Positions 9,648 to 18,749 of a DNA stretch of 64,000 nucleotides are shown here, in pieces (the first letter of the stretch is position 1; every line of letters begins with the position of its first letter). The stretch lies in the NCBI GenBank assembly GCA_964514595.1, contig CAZEQZ010000001.1, positions 331,847 to 395,846 of the forward strand, written 5' to 3'. The notes below the pieces were generated by a model. The model was not told where the DNA came from, searched no databases, and saw nothing but the letters and a program-made list of their open reading frames with translations. The translations under genes and the position numbers were made by a program. Source of the DNA: an uncultured Candidatus Saccharibacteria bacterium (GTDB taxonomy: Bacteria; Patescibacteriota; Dojkabacteria; SC72).

Positions 9648-9678
9648 GCAGTACTCTTTGGAGTACTGCTTTGTTTAT
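9648..9678 (+). terminator. Rho-independent terminator after LAETG paralog A
   Basis: 9-bp perfect stem GCAGTACTC / GAGTACTGC with a TTTG loop, followed by a T-rich tract. Confidence 0.5.
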
Positions 9679-9698
9679 ACAGTAGTATCTGATAGTAA

Positions 9699-9728
9699 TT
9701 GACTATATTTCCAAAGCAGGAGTATAAT
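9699..9728 (+). promoter_or_regulatory. Sigma-70-type promoter TTGACT-18-TATAAT for LAETG paralog B
   Basis: -35 at 9699-9704, -10 at 9723-9728, about 75 nt upstream of the ATG at 9805. Confidence 0.4.
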
Positions 9729-9804
9729 TGGTAAGTAATCATTAACTAATACTTTAATTTTTAAGTTTGTTAATGAATATATTAAATTTTTACTATTTAA
9801 TAAC

Positions 9805-10779
9805 ATGAAAGGGAAATATATACCTTTTCTGATTTTGCCTTTCTTTCTTTTTCTTTTGTTACTTTCCCCATTTAGTGTAGGTGCAGTGGAGGAAGCTAAT
9901 GGTGAAATAGAAGAAAGCAAGAAGATTCTTTTGTGTCATGCAAAACCGCCAGCAACAGCAAAAAATGGTTTTAACCTTTTAGAGCTACCAGTACAATCCT
10001 TATTTAAGAAAGGTCACGATATACACTATATGGATATAATTCCATATTTTGAGTATACGGTTAAAGAGAAAGTCTTAGCGTATGTTTACAAGGAAAAGAA
10101 AAAGGATGGAGAGTGCCCAAATAATTTTGAGGAATATGGAGACTTATTACTTTGTAGAAGAGAGAAGGAAGTAAAGCAAGAAGTTGAAAAGGAATATCTT
10201 GGAAGTAGATTATGGCAATTAGAGGCAGGTAAAATAGTTTTAGCAAATCGTTGTGAAATTCCTGCTTTATGTGAATATACTATGGACCCTCATGATTACA
10301 CAGAGTGGAGTGAGTGGAATAAACCAAGTGATGTAATCACCGAATGGTTTAGAACCAGGAAAGCTCTGTCATTTGATTTAATACAGAAGCAAATATTTGA
10401 GAAGGAAGAAGTTTGTGAGGAAGATGAAAAATATTTTGCTTGTGATGATACAGATAGTAAAGTCGTAAAGAGTGAATGGAAAGTAGATCCTCTTGATTCT
10501 ACAAAGGAGTATCAGATTACTACCACTTTAGAATTGGACGCTACAGATGAATCAGTAATTTGTAGTTCTGCTGAAGTAAAGGGTGTAAGAGATATTTCTA
10601 CTAAAGTTACCGAAGAGAAGCCGGAAGTGTTGGGTGAACAAACTCAAACTGAGCAGGTAGCTGTAGTATTAGCAGAAACAGGTGCTTCAGACAATATATT
10701 AGTATATATTGTACAAACTGTATTAATGTTAAGTACATTAATAAGTGGTACATTATTTGTAAAAAGATACAGTATCTAA
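9805..10779 (+). CDS. Secreted Cys-rich protein with C-terminal LAETG sorting signal (predicted sortase substrate), paralog B
   Basis: Signal peptide. N-terminal module LCHAK...KGHDIH...IIPYFEY homologous to paralog A. The last roughly 35 aa (VLAETGASDNILVYIVQTVLMLSTLISGTLFVKRYSI) and about 100 bp of DNA are near-identical to the 3' end of paralog A. Confidence 0.6.
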   Translation: MKGKYIPFLILPFFLFLLLLSPFSVGAVEEANGEIEESKKILLCHAKPPATAKNGFNLLELPVQSLFKKGHDIHYMDIIPYFEYTVKEKVLAYVYKEKKKDGECPNNFEEYGDLLLCRREKEVKQEVEKEYLGSRLWQLEAGKIVLANRCEIPALCEYTMDPHDYTEWSEWNKPSDVITEWFRTRKALSFDLIQKQIFEKEEVCEEDEKYFACDDTDSKVVKSEWKVDPLDSTKEYQITTTLELDATDESVICSSAEVKGVRDISTKVTEEKPEVLGEQTQTEQVAVVLAETGASDNILVYIVQTVLMLSTLISGTLFVKRYSI

Positions 10780-10809
10780 TTACAAATATAATATATTAGT
10801 TAGTTATTA

Positions 10810-10844
10810 AGAGCAGTACATGATTTAGGTACTGCTCTTTTGTT
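10810..10844 (+). terminator. Rho-independent terminator after LAETG paralog B
   Basis: 10-bp stem AGAGCAGTAC / GTACTGCTCT followed by TTTTGTT. The stem sequence is related to the paralog A terminator. Confidence 0.5.
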
Positions 10845-10866
10845 ATAAAAAAGATATAATTAGAAG

Positions 10867-11556
10867 ATGGACAAAATAAAATATATGATAATAATGGTTA
10901 TAATCTTTGTTTCTACCCTACTCTTTTCTAGCTTTGTTTTCATACCTACTGTAGCACCATACGAGATTGTTAATGTAGATATATCCCCTATTACATACAA
11001 TGATATGGAGGAAGAAGAAGTAGAGGATATACCTACACTAATGGAGCTATGGGTTATGGAGGAAGGTATGACTAAGATAATGGAGGCAGAGGTATTAAAT
11101 AGGGAATTGCCTCCCAATTGGTTAGATAAGGGGTTGTACTTTAAATATACATACATTGGCCAGTACAACGAATATACTCAGGAAGTATTAGATGATCTGT
11201 TGTTAGATGAGTATAAATGGCAGAAACAGTTAGATGAGCAGGGTAACGTTGTTATGGGAGGTATAGTTCTTTCTAAGGATGGTACATATCAACTTCATAC
11301 ACATAATACGTTTACACAAGGTAATAGATTTTATTTATTGGGAGATTTGTTAGATAGATATCATAATGAGGAAGGTGTAGTCGGAACTAGAATTAGGTTT
11401 GGTGGTGTAATATTGGAAAGTGTTTGGGAAAGAGATATACGTATTCTTGAAGGAGGATCCGTTCCTTATGCAGACCTAATCATATCAACCTGTTTAGAAA
11501 GGTGGGGAGATAGAAGATTGATAAGTGGTTGGAATATAGTATGGGAGAATATATAA
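10867..11556 (+). CDS. Sortase-like transpeptidase (divergent), N-terminally membrane-anchored
   Basis: N-terminal TM helix. Candidate catalytic His in LHTHNTF followed by F..LL..GD (FYLLGDLL), as in sortases. Candidate catalytic Cys in LIISTC (TLxTC-like) about 65 residues after the His, with Arg residues 7-8 positions later. It lies immediately downstream of the two LAETG proteins. TATAAT sits 7 nt before the ATG, consistent with a leaderless transcript. Confidence 0.45.
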   Translation: MDKIKYMIIMVIIFVSTLLFSSFVFIPTVAPYEIVNVDISPITYNDMEEEEVEDIPTLMELWVMEEGMTKIMEAEVLNRELPPNWLDKGLYFKYTYIGQYNEYTQEVLDDLLLDEYKWQKQLDEQGNVVMGGIVLSKDGTYQLHTHNTFTQGNRFYLLGDLLDRYHNEEGVVGTRIRFGGVILESVWERDIRILEGGSVPYADLIISTCLERWGDRRLISGWNIVWENI

Positions 11557-11563
11557 TCCTAAA

Positions 11564-12331
11564 ATGGTTGTAAGTAAGAAAAAAATATCACCTTTTGTAA
11601 AATTCCTTAAGAAAAGAGATATCCAGTATGTAGGGTTTGATATAGACAATACCCTCATACCTACAAATCTATATTATAGTGAGAGAATATCTTCCGTTAT
11701 AAAGCAAATATATAAATATCTTAATATCTCCGACGATTTAGAATCTGTATCCCAGGAATATTCTAATATATTCTTAAATAGATATATTAATAGAGGGAAA
11801 TTACCTATGAATATATCTGATGAGGTTCTGGGGGCACTACAGGAGTACTTGGGATATATGAATAAGGATATAGAGAGTATTGTTAAAGAAAATTTGAGTG
11901 ATTTCTATATGAACTCCACTGATCCATATGATAGTGCATATGAAATCCTTAAAATATTGAAAAAGAATAGTATTGAATTTGTATTATGTTCTCATGCGGA
12001 GGATGATTGGACTAATGTTAAAGTTAATCTGCTCGGGAAAGAGCTGAATATAGATATCCCCTACCTTGCCGTTGGTCTATCAAATATTAAGAATGCTAAT
12101 AGCTGGAAAGAAGCATTTAAGTTAATAGATGGTGATATCTCTAAATCTTTAATAATTGGAGATAGTTTGGATGCAGATATTCTCTCAGGCATAGAGTCAG
12201 GATGCAAGAATGTAATATGGATCGATTTGTATGGGAAAGGATTGTCAGATGATGATGTAATATCAGATGGTGTAAAGTTGATTATTGTGAAAGATCTTTC
12301 TGAAATTGTGGATTTTAATAATATTCTTTAG
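11564..12331 (+). CDS. HAD-superfamily hydrolase
   Basis: Motif I FDIDNTL. Motif IV IIGDSLDADI. 255 aa. Confidence 0.55.
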   Translation: MVVSKKKISPFVKFLKKRDIQYVGFDIDNTLIPTNLYYSERISSVIKQIYKYLNISDDLESVSQEYSNIFLNRYINRGKLPMNISDEVLGALQEYLGYMNKDIESIVKENLSDFYMNSTDPYDSAYEILKILKKNSIEFVLCSHAEDDWTNVKVNLLGKELNIDIPYLAVGLSNIKNANSWKEAFKLIDGDISKSLIIGDSLDADILSGIESGCKNVIWIDLYGKGLSDDDVISDGVKLIIVKDLSEIVDFNNIL

Positions 12332-13866
12332 TAAGAATACACTTCTTTTAAACTAGGGATTAACTTTTTAGCGGCATTTTGCTCTATAAATGAAACTGCT
12401 TGTCCTGAAATTCCGAATAATTTTCCTAATGTTTCTAAGAACAATTTTTCTTGTATAGTATAATCAGCCCTATTCATTACAATATATTTATTCCTAGGGC
12501 CAAGTTCATTAAGTATATTATCAATTTCTTGTTTATTTTCTTTTAATATAATTTCTTCCTCAGGAAGATTTGAATTATCCGTCAATTTATCGATTACCCC
12601 CTCTTCCTCGCCTTCTTCGTCAAATTCAGCTTTATCAAGATTTAAGTATACATAATTAACCGACAAAGCACTTTGTATATAATTTCTATTATTAGCAAAT
12701 TCAATGCCATGCGCATCACAATAATCCATGACTTGATCAAAATTCGGATTTGCAACTCCTTCTCCCTCTAATAGATCTCTTTGCTCCTTGTATAATTTAA
12801 GATCAGGGAAGAGATAGGCGGGGATTTTAATCATATTAAAACTGTTTTTGTTCGAATTCATTAATGTTCCATCTATCCAATGAGTAGCATATGTAGAGAA
12901 GTCATTTTCTGATTCTAATTTGAAATTTCTAATAGCTTTGAAAAGTCCAACGGAAGCACTCTGTAATATATCTTCATAATCTTGATAGTTTAGAGGGGCT
13001 CTAGAGTCATCATGCACGAATTCCAAAAATTTCATTACATAATGTCTCGAACGAGATATAACTAATCTTTGGTTGAATAGTAAAATAATTGATTCTATTC
13101 TTTCTTTGTCTCTGTATAAACTTTCTTTACTATGAAGGGAATAGTTTAATTTTTGATAGCCGAAGAACAGTAATCCAACTTCTTCATCTTCAAGTATTCT
13201 GTGGTTTGGGTTAGCTAATTTATAATATGAAGTTGTTTCAACTAATCTGTTTTCTAATTCTATCTCTAAATCTCTAATTTTTTCTTCCTCTGCTTTGTTA
13301 AGAGGAGGTAGTTTTCTTCCTTCTTTAATCCTAAAAATAATTTCCTCAGAATCTATGTTGTTAAATTCAGGATGAAAATGAAAAACATTTTCTATATCTA
13401 GATTAAATTCTTTATATATCTTATATTGCTCCGAGATTCTTTCAAAGCTTAAGTTGAGTAAATCATCTCTTTTTAATATCTTATTTATCTTTATTCCTTG
13501 GGAGTGTAGATATATCATGGAAGCGATATTCTCACTGTTTAAGTCAGCAATAATTTTTTTGTCTATTGATTCAAAAGCCGTAGGATTAAGAGAGTATCCA
13601 AGATAAGTAAATAGGTCAAATGGTAAATGTTTTATCTCTTCGCTATTTTCTGAGAAAGAGGTTATTAATTTTGCAGCTTCATACTTTTCCTCATCTTCTA
13701 GTGGAGTTGAGGTCTCAAGGTATTGAATTGAGGAGAGAAGAATATCCTGAGCATGTTCAGTTGGACTAGTTCCTTTCTGTAACTCTATTTCATTCTCGTC
13801 CATAACAAATCTAAAAGTATAACAGAATAAATATATGGTTGTCTTTAAAAACAAACACAATCTCAT
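12328..13866 (-). CDS. RNA polymerase sigma-70 family factor (RpoD-like) with about 280-aa N-terminal extension
   Basis: Region 2 motifs (VGLFKAIRNFKLESENDFSTYATHWI, IKIPAYL). Region 4 helix-turn-helix (TIQEKLFLETLGKLFGISGQAVSFIEQNAAKKL). Confidence 0.6.
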   Translation of the reverse strand: MRLCLFLKTTIYLFCYTFRFVMDENEIELQKGTSPTEHAQDILLSSIQYLETSTPLEDEEKYEAAKLITSFSENSEEIKHLPFDLFTYLGYSLNPTAFESIDKKIIADLNSENIASMIYLHSQGIKINKILKRDDLLNLSFERISEQYKIYKEFNLDIENVFHFHPEFNNIDSEEIIFRIKEGRKLPPLNKAEEEKIRDLEIELENRLVETTSYYKLANPNHRILEDEEVGLLFFGYQKLNYSLHSKESLYRDKERIESIILLFNQRLVISRSRHYVMKFLEFVHDDSRAPLNYQDYEDILQSASVGLFKAIRNFKLESENDFSTYATHWIDGTLMNSNKNSFNMIKIPAYLFPDLKLYKEQRDLLEGEGVANPNFDQVMDYCDAHGIEFANNRNYIQSALSVNYVYLNLDKAEFDEEGEEEGVIDKLTDNSNLPEEEIILKENKQEIDNILNELGPRNKYIVMNRADYTIQEKLFLETLGKLFGISGQAVSFIEQNAAKKLIPSLKEVYSY

Positions 13867-13917
13867 AGTATATCAAAAAAGGTTGTATTTGTAACCCTTT
13901 TTTACTAAAATTATCCT

Positions 13918-14307
13918 ATGAGAAAAGAAAAAAGACGCATTACACCATATAAAGATTCTAAACAGGAAGGATTTCCAGTTAAATCAAATAGAAATGTAAG
14001 AAACTATGCTACTATTAATAGGCCTGGAGCCGCTATTCGTCTTCTAGAGAAGAAGGATTGGATACTTTTTGATAGTGAAATTGGTTATATGGATATAACC
14101 TACGGTACACCTGAGTTAGAATTAGAAGGTGAAGGTTTGAAAAGGGTCGTAGAGGAAAAGCTATTTGACTTAACATTAGATAATGATTTTTTAGGGGGTC
14201 TAACTCAGGAGGAGATAGGTGTGGAGTATAGTAATGGAAGAATACCGTGTGAGTTAAATCAGTTTGTAGAAATGATTATTAATTGCCCTATTAAAGAAGA
14301 GGAGTAA
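13918..14307 (+). CDS. Hypothetical protein
   Basis: 129-aa ORF with coding-like composition. TAAAAT sits 6 nt before the ATG. No motif recognised. Confidence 0.35.
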   Translation: MRKEKRRITPYKDSKQEGFPVKSNRNVRNYATINRPGAAIRLLEKKDWILFDSEIGYMDITYGTPELELEGEGLKRVVEEKLFDLTLDNDFLGGLTQEEIGVEYSNGRIPCELNQFVEMIINCPIKEEE

Positions 14308-14311
14308 TTTC

Positions 14312-17300
14312 TTAGGATTTCCTTTTCTTAAGAATTAGTAGGATTCCAACTGTGAGTATTAATCCTGTACCTATGTATATGTATAGAAGATATTCTTTTT
14401 TAATCTTATTCATCTCTATGTTCATTTCTATGGTTGTTTTTTCCACCTCTATCTCCTCACTTTCATATGTTTCGTATCCATCTAGTTCAACCTTTATTTT
14501 ATAAGTACCAGGTTCTACTAAGAATTGGTATTCTCCATGTGTATTGGTATATTGTGGATTATTTGCTATACCATATATATTCCAGTCATCATCTAATTTG
14601 GCATATAGTGTTACTTGTGCATTACTGAGTCTTAACTCATTCTCATCAATTTTTTCGTACACGAAACCGTATGGGTCTACTAATACCTCCAACTTCATTC
14701 TCACGGATGTATTATCATCAAACATTGCTAATATATTCAAATCATATGTCCCTAAAGAGTTGAATATATCCATCTTGGTTTCGTAGAAGTAGGATGTACT
14801 ATCTAGGGCTAGTTTTGTGATTTCTCCATTACTCTCTATGTATACTCCTTTAATAGAAGAGTTGGGGTTCAAGGAGGATATTGTGTTGATTGGGATTCCA
14901 ACATCTAGCGTGTTATTGGCGTATATTGAGAGCTTTGTTTTTTCATTTACAGAAATATTTTTCTCCCCCAAAGTTATTGTTACTTTATCATTATCCTTAA
15001 TTGTTTTTATTGGAGTAGCAGTATCTTTGATTGTATCTAGAACTGCTTTCTTTTCTTCCGATGTTAATTTATTAGATTGCTCTTTAGGGATTTCCATAGG
15101 AGGCTCTTCTGTCACAGGAGGTGGAGTTGGAGATTGTGTAGTTGACGGTGTGGTTGGAGGTTGAACAGTAGAGGCTTTGGTATAACAAGTTGTGCTCTCG
15201 GAGTATGCTGTTTCAATAGCATCTCCGTTGCGAGCTTTAACTCTAAATGTATAGGCAGTAGATGGTGTTAACGATTTCACCGTGTACGAATTGTTAGTAG
15301 TGAATTCTGTAAATGTCCCCCACTGAACTGTATCTGAAAGTACACCTAATGTCTTGTCTAAATATTTATTACTACTAGACTCGTTAATTAATATATTCGT
15401 ATTATCGGGATTAGAATTTTTCTCTACAGAAAGAGTTATAGTAGTAGATGTGGTGGTCAGACAGGATATCGTAGGAGTATTCGCCAGGGTATATCTAGAT
15501 AAGGTAGAAGAACTACTTGTCTCTATACTTTCCGCATTTCTAGCCTTCACAGAATAGCTATACTGTGTGTTTGGAATTAAATTCAAAGAGGAATCTGTAC
15601 TATTTTGAACCCATTCATTGATTCCAGTATTACAATTGGAAGAAGAGCATGAGAAAAGGAGGCCTGATGATACTTGTTCTAGATTATTAACATTAGTCGC
15701 ATACAAAGTTATAGAAGTTGAGGTAAGGGCTGTAGCTGTTAAGTTAGGGATATCACTTAATGTATATTGGGAGATCGTGGAAGAGTATCCACTCTCTATA
15801 CCTTCAGCATTACGTGCTTTGGCCTTGTAAGAATACTGTGTATTTGGTTGCAGAGAAGAGGATGTTGCCGTACTATTTTGTACCCATGTATTTATACCCG
15901 TATTACATCCACTATTTATACAATTAAACAGAATTCCTGATGTGCCTGAGGATAAATTGGTTGCATTTGTAACATTTAATCCAATTGAATTTTTGTTAAC
16001 AGTTCCGAAGGTAAGTACTGGTATGTCAGCAAAGGTGTATTTACTAGTTTCCTCAGAGTAATTACTATCCCCTAGGATATTGTAGGAAGAAATTTTTCTT
16101 CGATATTGGGTGTTAGGTAATAGATTGATTTCTTCAATATAGCTCAAATCAGAAGTTTCTTCTGTTTCTATCAAGGAATTATCATAATTATATAGTTTAA
16201 AACCTAATTCATTATCTGAATTGTCTGTAAAATTCCATCTTATACTTGAAGTTGAGATAGTTTCAGGAGTCTCAATTGTAGGGGCAAGTGGAGCTTGATC
16301 ATATGATAATGAAATATCGTCTAAAACTGGTGTTGCTACGCCTTCGTCATTATCAAATTCTATTTTATAATAGAAGGAATCTGTTTCCCAATCTAGGGAT
16401 GAAAGATCTATAGAGTTGCTATTTCCTTGTACAAGAGTATCAGATCCATCTTCTACCCCTCCTGAGTTATACCACGTTGTTGCATCTGTACTAAATTGTG
16501 CAGTTGCGGAAGTCCCAGAGGGTAAAGAGGATATGGAGTAATCAAATGAAATCATTTTCATATTCTCATCTCCAGGAAGAATGTCTAAAGATTGTATAGA
16601 AGTTTGATTTTGGTATTGAGGAAGTTGAGTGGTATGTGCCAAAGGAGTTGTTGTCCCAGATATCGAGGACACATAATCAATATGAATTCTTCCATCACCA
16701 CCGTTTCCTCCACTGTATGCACCTGTACCTCCAATACCTCCATTTGCAGTTACTTTGTCATTTCCTAAGGTTATACTGTTTGTATATAATTTAACAGAGC
16801 CTCCTGCACCACCACCACCACCACCGCTATACGCTCCTGCATTACTTCCATCTGCTCCATTAGCGTTCACAGAGCCATTTGCTCCAACAACTACATTTTG
16901 TCCATATATGTATACAATTCCTCCACCTGCTCCGCCTGCTCCTGTAGAGGTTGGTGATCCACTTCCTCCAGAACCACCGCCAGCTCCAAGAAAAAGAAGA
17001 GAAAGATCTGCTACTCCATAATTACCACCACCACCACCTCCTCCTGCATACGCTTCTCCCGATACTCCTCCACAATACGCATTTCCTCCAGTACCACTAT
17101 TATCTCCACCATCTCCACCATTTTGATATCCACTTCCTCCTCCTCCTCCTGTTCCATATCCACCACCACCACCACCACCACCTTTGGTTTTCGTTAACAA
17201 ATTGCCCAAAGAAGTTCCACCGCCACCACCCGCACCTCCAACTCCACCAGTACCACCAATACCACAATCAACAGGGCCATTGTCACTGTATACATAGAAG

Positions 17301-18652
17301 ATGAGATCGTGAGTATTGTCCGCTTGCCAATTAGTACCATCATGAGACACCCTGTTTCCCCCATGCGTGGGGCTTGTTGAATCAGCCCCTATCAATACCT
17401 TATTACTAGAATTTCCACCTGTATACTCTAAAACCACAACATAGTTAGTTCCGTTAGTAAGGGTAATTCTCTCATCACCAGAAAAGTTGAAATTTATTAA
17501 CGCAATAGTGGTTGTTAATGTTGATACATCGAAGGCGTCTGATGTGGCAAGCAAAGTGTCCGGAACAGAAGATGTCCCAAAAGTTCCACTATGGGAGTAT
17601 ATCTTTGCATATCCATTTCCCGTTGGAGAACCACTCTTTTTCATATAGAGTTTAAGACTATCGATAGCTCCACCATTACCTGTAAAGGACTGACCCTGTT
17701 TTCCGTTTGCTCCATATATATCAAAATTTGTACTAACATAATTGGTATTAGCGTAATTGTCTACATTTGCAATCTTTAAATACATTCCACCACCACCTCC
17801 ACCACCGGCATATGTCTCGTTCTCTCCATTTTCGTTTCCGTAAGTGAGTTTCCCGGCATTTTGAGCCCTACCTTTTGCATAATCTGCACCTCTTTCTCCA
17901 CTGCTTGTACAAGATAGGGAGCAGGCAGTACCTCCAGGAAAGCCCTTTGTCGCTCCATTTATAGAACCATTAATCGCAACTGTACCTGTGGCTTTAAAAA
18001 AAATGACACCGGCATTAGCAAGTAACGATTTAGTGTCAGAAGTAATAGCAAATCCCTCGTTTACCGTTACATCTGTATATTGAGGAACTCTAATAATGGC
18101 TATATTATTTGAAGAGTAGTATGTGTTTTGTAAGTTGGTTTCGAAAGTCAATGTATCCCCAGTTATATTAGAAATAGTAACTGTCTCATACTGTCCTGTA
18201 TACTGTGCGAAAGAGGATAAACCATCTTGAGTTATTATTAATACCTCATCTCCCACAGCTAATCCGTTTAATGTAGATGTACTTAAACGCATTTGGTTTG
18301 TACCAGCATTTGCGGTATAAGTACTATACTTCTGAAACCGTACAGCATCTCCGTATGCCCTTCCCACACATGACTGTGTGTTGATATTCATATTACTTGA
18401 TACAGTACAGGCTCCATCAGCACCTGTTCCAAAGGTGTATGATCTTGTCGATGCAGAAATTTGACCTCCTGAAAGTATATAGTTTGATGAATTTACAGCG
18501 TCGATATATGTATCATCTATAAAAGCGTCATTAACAGTATATGCATTTACATCTTTATAGTAATTATCTTTTAAAAAAAGAAAAAACAAAGAACAGAGTA
18601 TTGATGCTATCAGTATAATTGTCAAAATTCTACGACCTCTGGTGCGGGGCAT
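14312..18652 (-). CDS. Giant cell-surface protein with N-terminal signal anchor, Gly-rich (poly-G/GGxGG) region, tandem FN3-like repeats, CarboxypepD_reg-like domain and C-terminal TM anchor
   Basis: 1446 aa. N-terminus MPRTRGRRILTIILIASILCSLFFLF. Long GGGGGG/GGxGGxG tracts. At least four FN3-like units ending PNTQYSYKAKARN / PNTQYSYSVKARN / PSTAYTFRVKARN. Motif YGIANNPQYTNTHGEYQFLVEPGTYKIKVELDGYE near the C-terminus. C-terminal TM helix plus a KKRKS tail. Confidence 0.7.
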   Translation of the reverse strand: MPRTRGRRILTIILIASILCSLFFLFLKDNYYKDVNAYTVNDAFIDDTYIDAVNSSNYILSGGQISASTRSYTFGTGADGACTVSSNMNINTQSCVGRAYGDAVRFQKYSTYTANAGTNQMRLSTSTLNGLAVGDEVLIITQDGLSSFAQYTGQYETVTISNITGDTLTFETNLQNTYYSSNNIAIIRVPQYTDVTVNEGFAITSDTKSLLANAGVIFFKATGTVAINGSINGATKGFPGGTACSLSCTSSGERGADYAKGRAQNAGKLTYGNENGENETYAGGGGGGGMYLKIANVDNYANTNYVSTNFDIYGANGKQGQSFTGNGGAIDSLKLYMKKSGSPTGNGYAKIYSHSGTFGTSSVPDTLLATSDAFDVSTLTTTIALINFNFSGDERITLTNGTNYVVVLEYTGGNSSNKVLIGADSTSPTHGGNRVSHDGTNWQADNTHDLIFYVYSDNGPVDCGIGGTGGVGGAGGGGGTSLGNLLTKTKGGGGGGGGYGTGGGGGSGYQNGGDGGDNSGTGGNAYCGGVSGEAYAGGGGGGGNYGVADLSLLFLGAGGGSGGSGSPTSTGAGGAGGGIVYIYGQNVVVGANGSVNANGADGSNAGAYSGGGGGGAGGSVKLYTNSITLGNDKVTANGGIGGTGAYSGGNGGDGRIHIDYVSSISGTTTPLAHTTQLPQYQNQTSIQSLDILPGDENMKMISFDYSISSLPSGTSATAQFSTDATTWYNSGGVEDGSDTLVQGNSNSIDLSSLDWETDSFYYKIEFDNDEGVATPVLDDISLSYDQAPLAPTIETPETISTSSIRWNFTDNSDNELGFKLYNYDNSLIETEETSDLSYIEEINLLPNTQYRRKISSYNILGDSNYSEETSKYTFADIPVLTFGTVNKNSIGLNVTNATNLSSGTSGILFNCINSGCNTGINTWVQNSTATSSSLQPNTQYSYKAKARNAEGIESGYSSTISQYTLSDIPNLTATALTSTSITLYATNVNNLEQVSSGLLFSCSSSNCNTGINEWVQNSTDSSLNLIPNTQYSYSVKARNAESIETSSSSTLSRYTLANTPTISCLTTTSTTITLSVEKNSNPDNTNILINESSSNKYLDKTLGVLSDTVQWGTFTEFTTNNSYTVKSLTPSTAYTFRVKARNGDAIETAYSESTTCYTKASTVQPPTTPSTTQSPTPPPVTEEPPMEIPKEQSNKLTSEEKKAVLDTIKDTATPIKTIKDNDKVTITLGEKNISVNEKTKLSIYANNTLDVGIPINTISSLNPNSSIKGVYIESNGEITKLALDSTSYFYETKMDIFNSLGTYDLNILAMFDDNTSVRMKLEVLVDPYGFVYEKIDENELRLSNAQVTLYAKLDDDWNIYGIANNPQYTNTHGEYQFLVEPGTYKIKVELDGYETYESEEIEVEKTTIEMNIEMNKIKKEYLLYIYIGTGLILTVGILLILKKRKS
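15290..16250 (-). repeat. Intragenic tandem repeats (about 270-285 bp units encoding FN3-like domains) within the giant surface protein gene
   Basis: DNA-level similarity between blocks near 15520-15580 and 15790-15840 (both encode PNTQYSY..KARNAE). Repeated protein units of about 90-95 aa. Confidence 0.5.
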
Positions 18653-18749
18653 AATGAAAATAGTACCACTATTACATTATTATGGCAATAACGTTATTTT
18701 TCTTGTACAAGCATATAGATATTTATGCCTTTTCTTAGTATATTATTCT

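Noticed and set aside
16755-17304. Two plus-strand ORFs encoding Pro- and His-rich polypeptides (PPAPPPPPP..., HHHHHH...)
   Set aside because: They are the antisense reading of the poly-Gly (GGN/GGT) codon tracts of the giant minus-strand gene. They have no independent start or promoter signals, so they are shadow ORFs.
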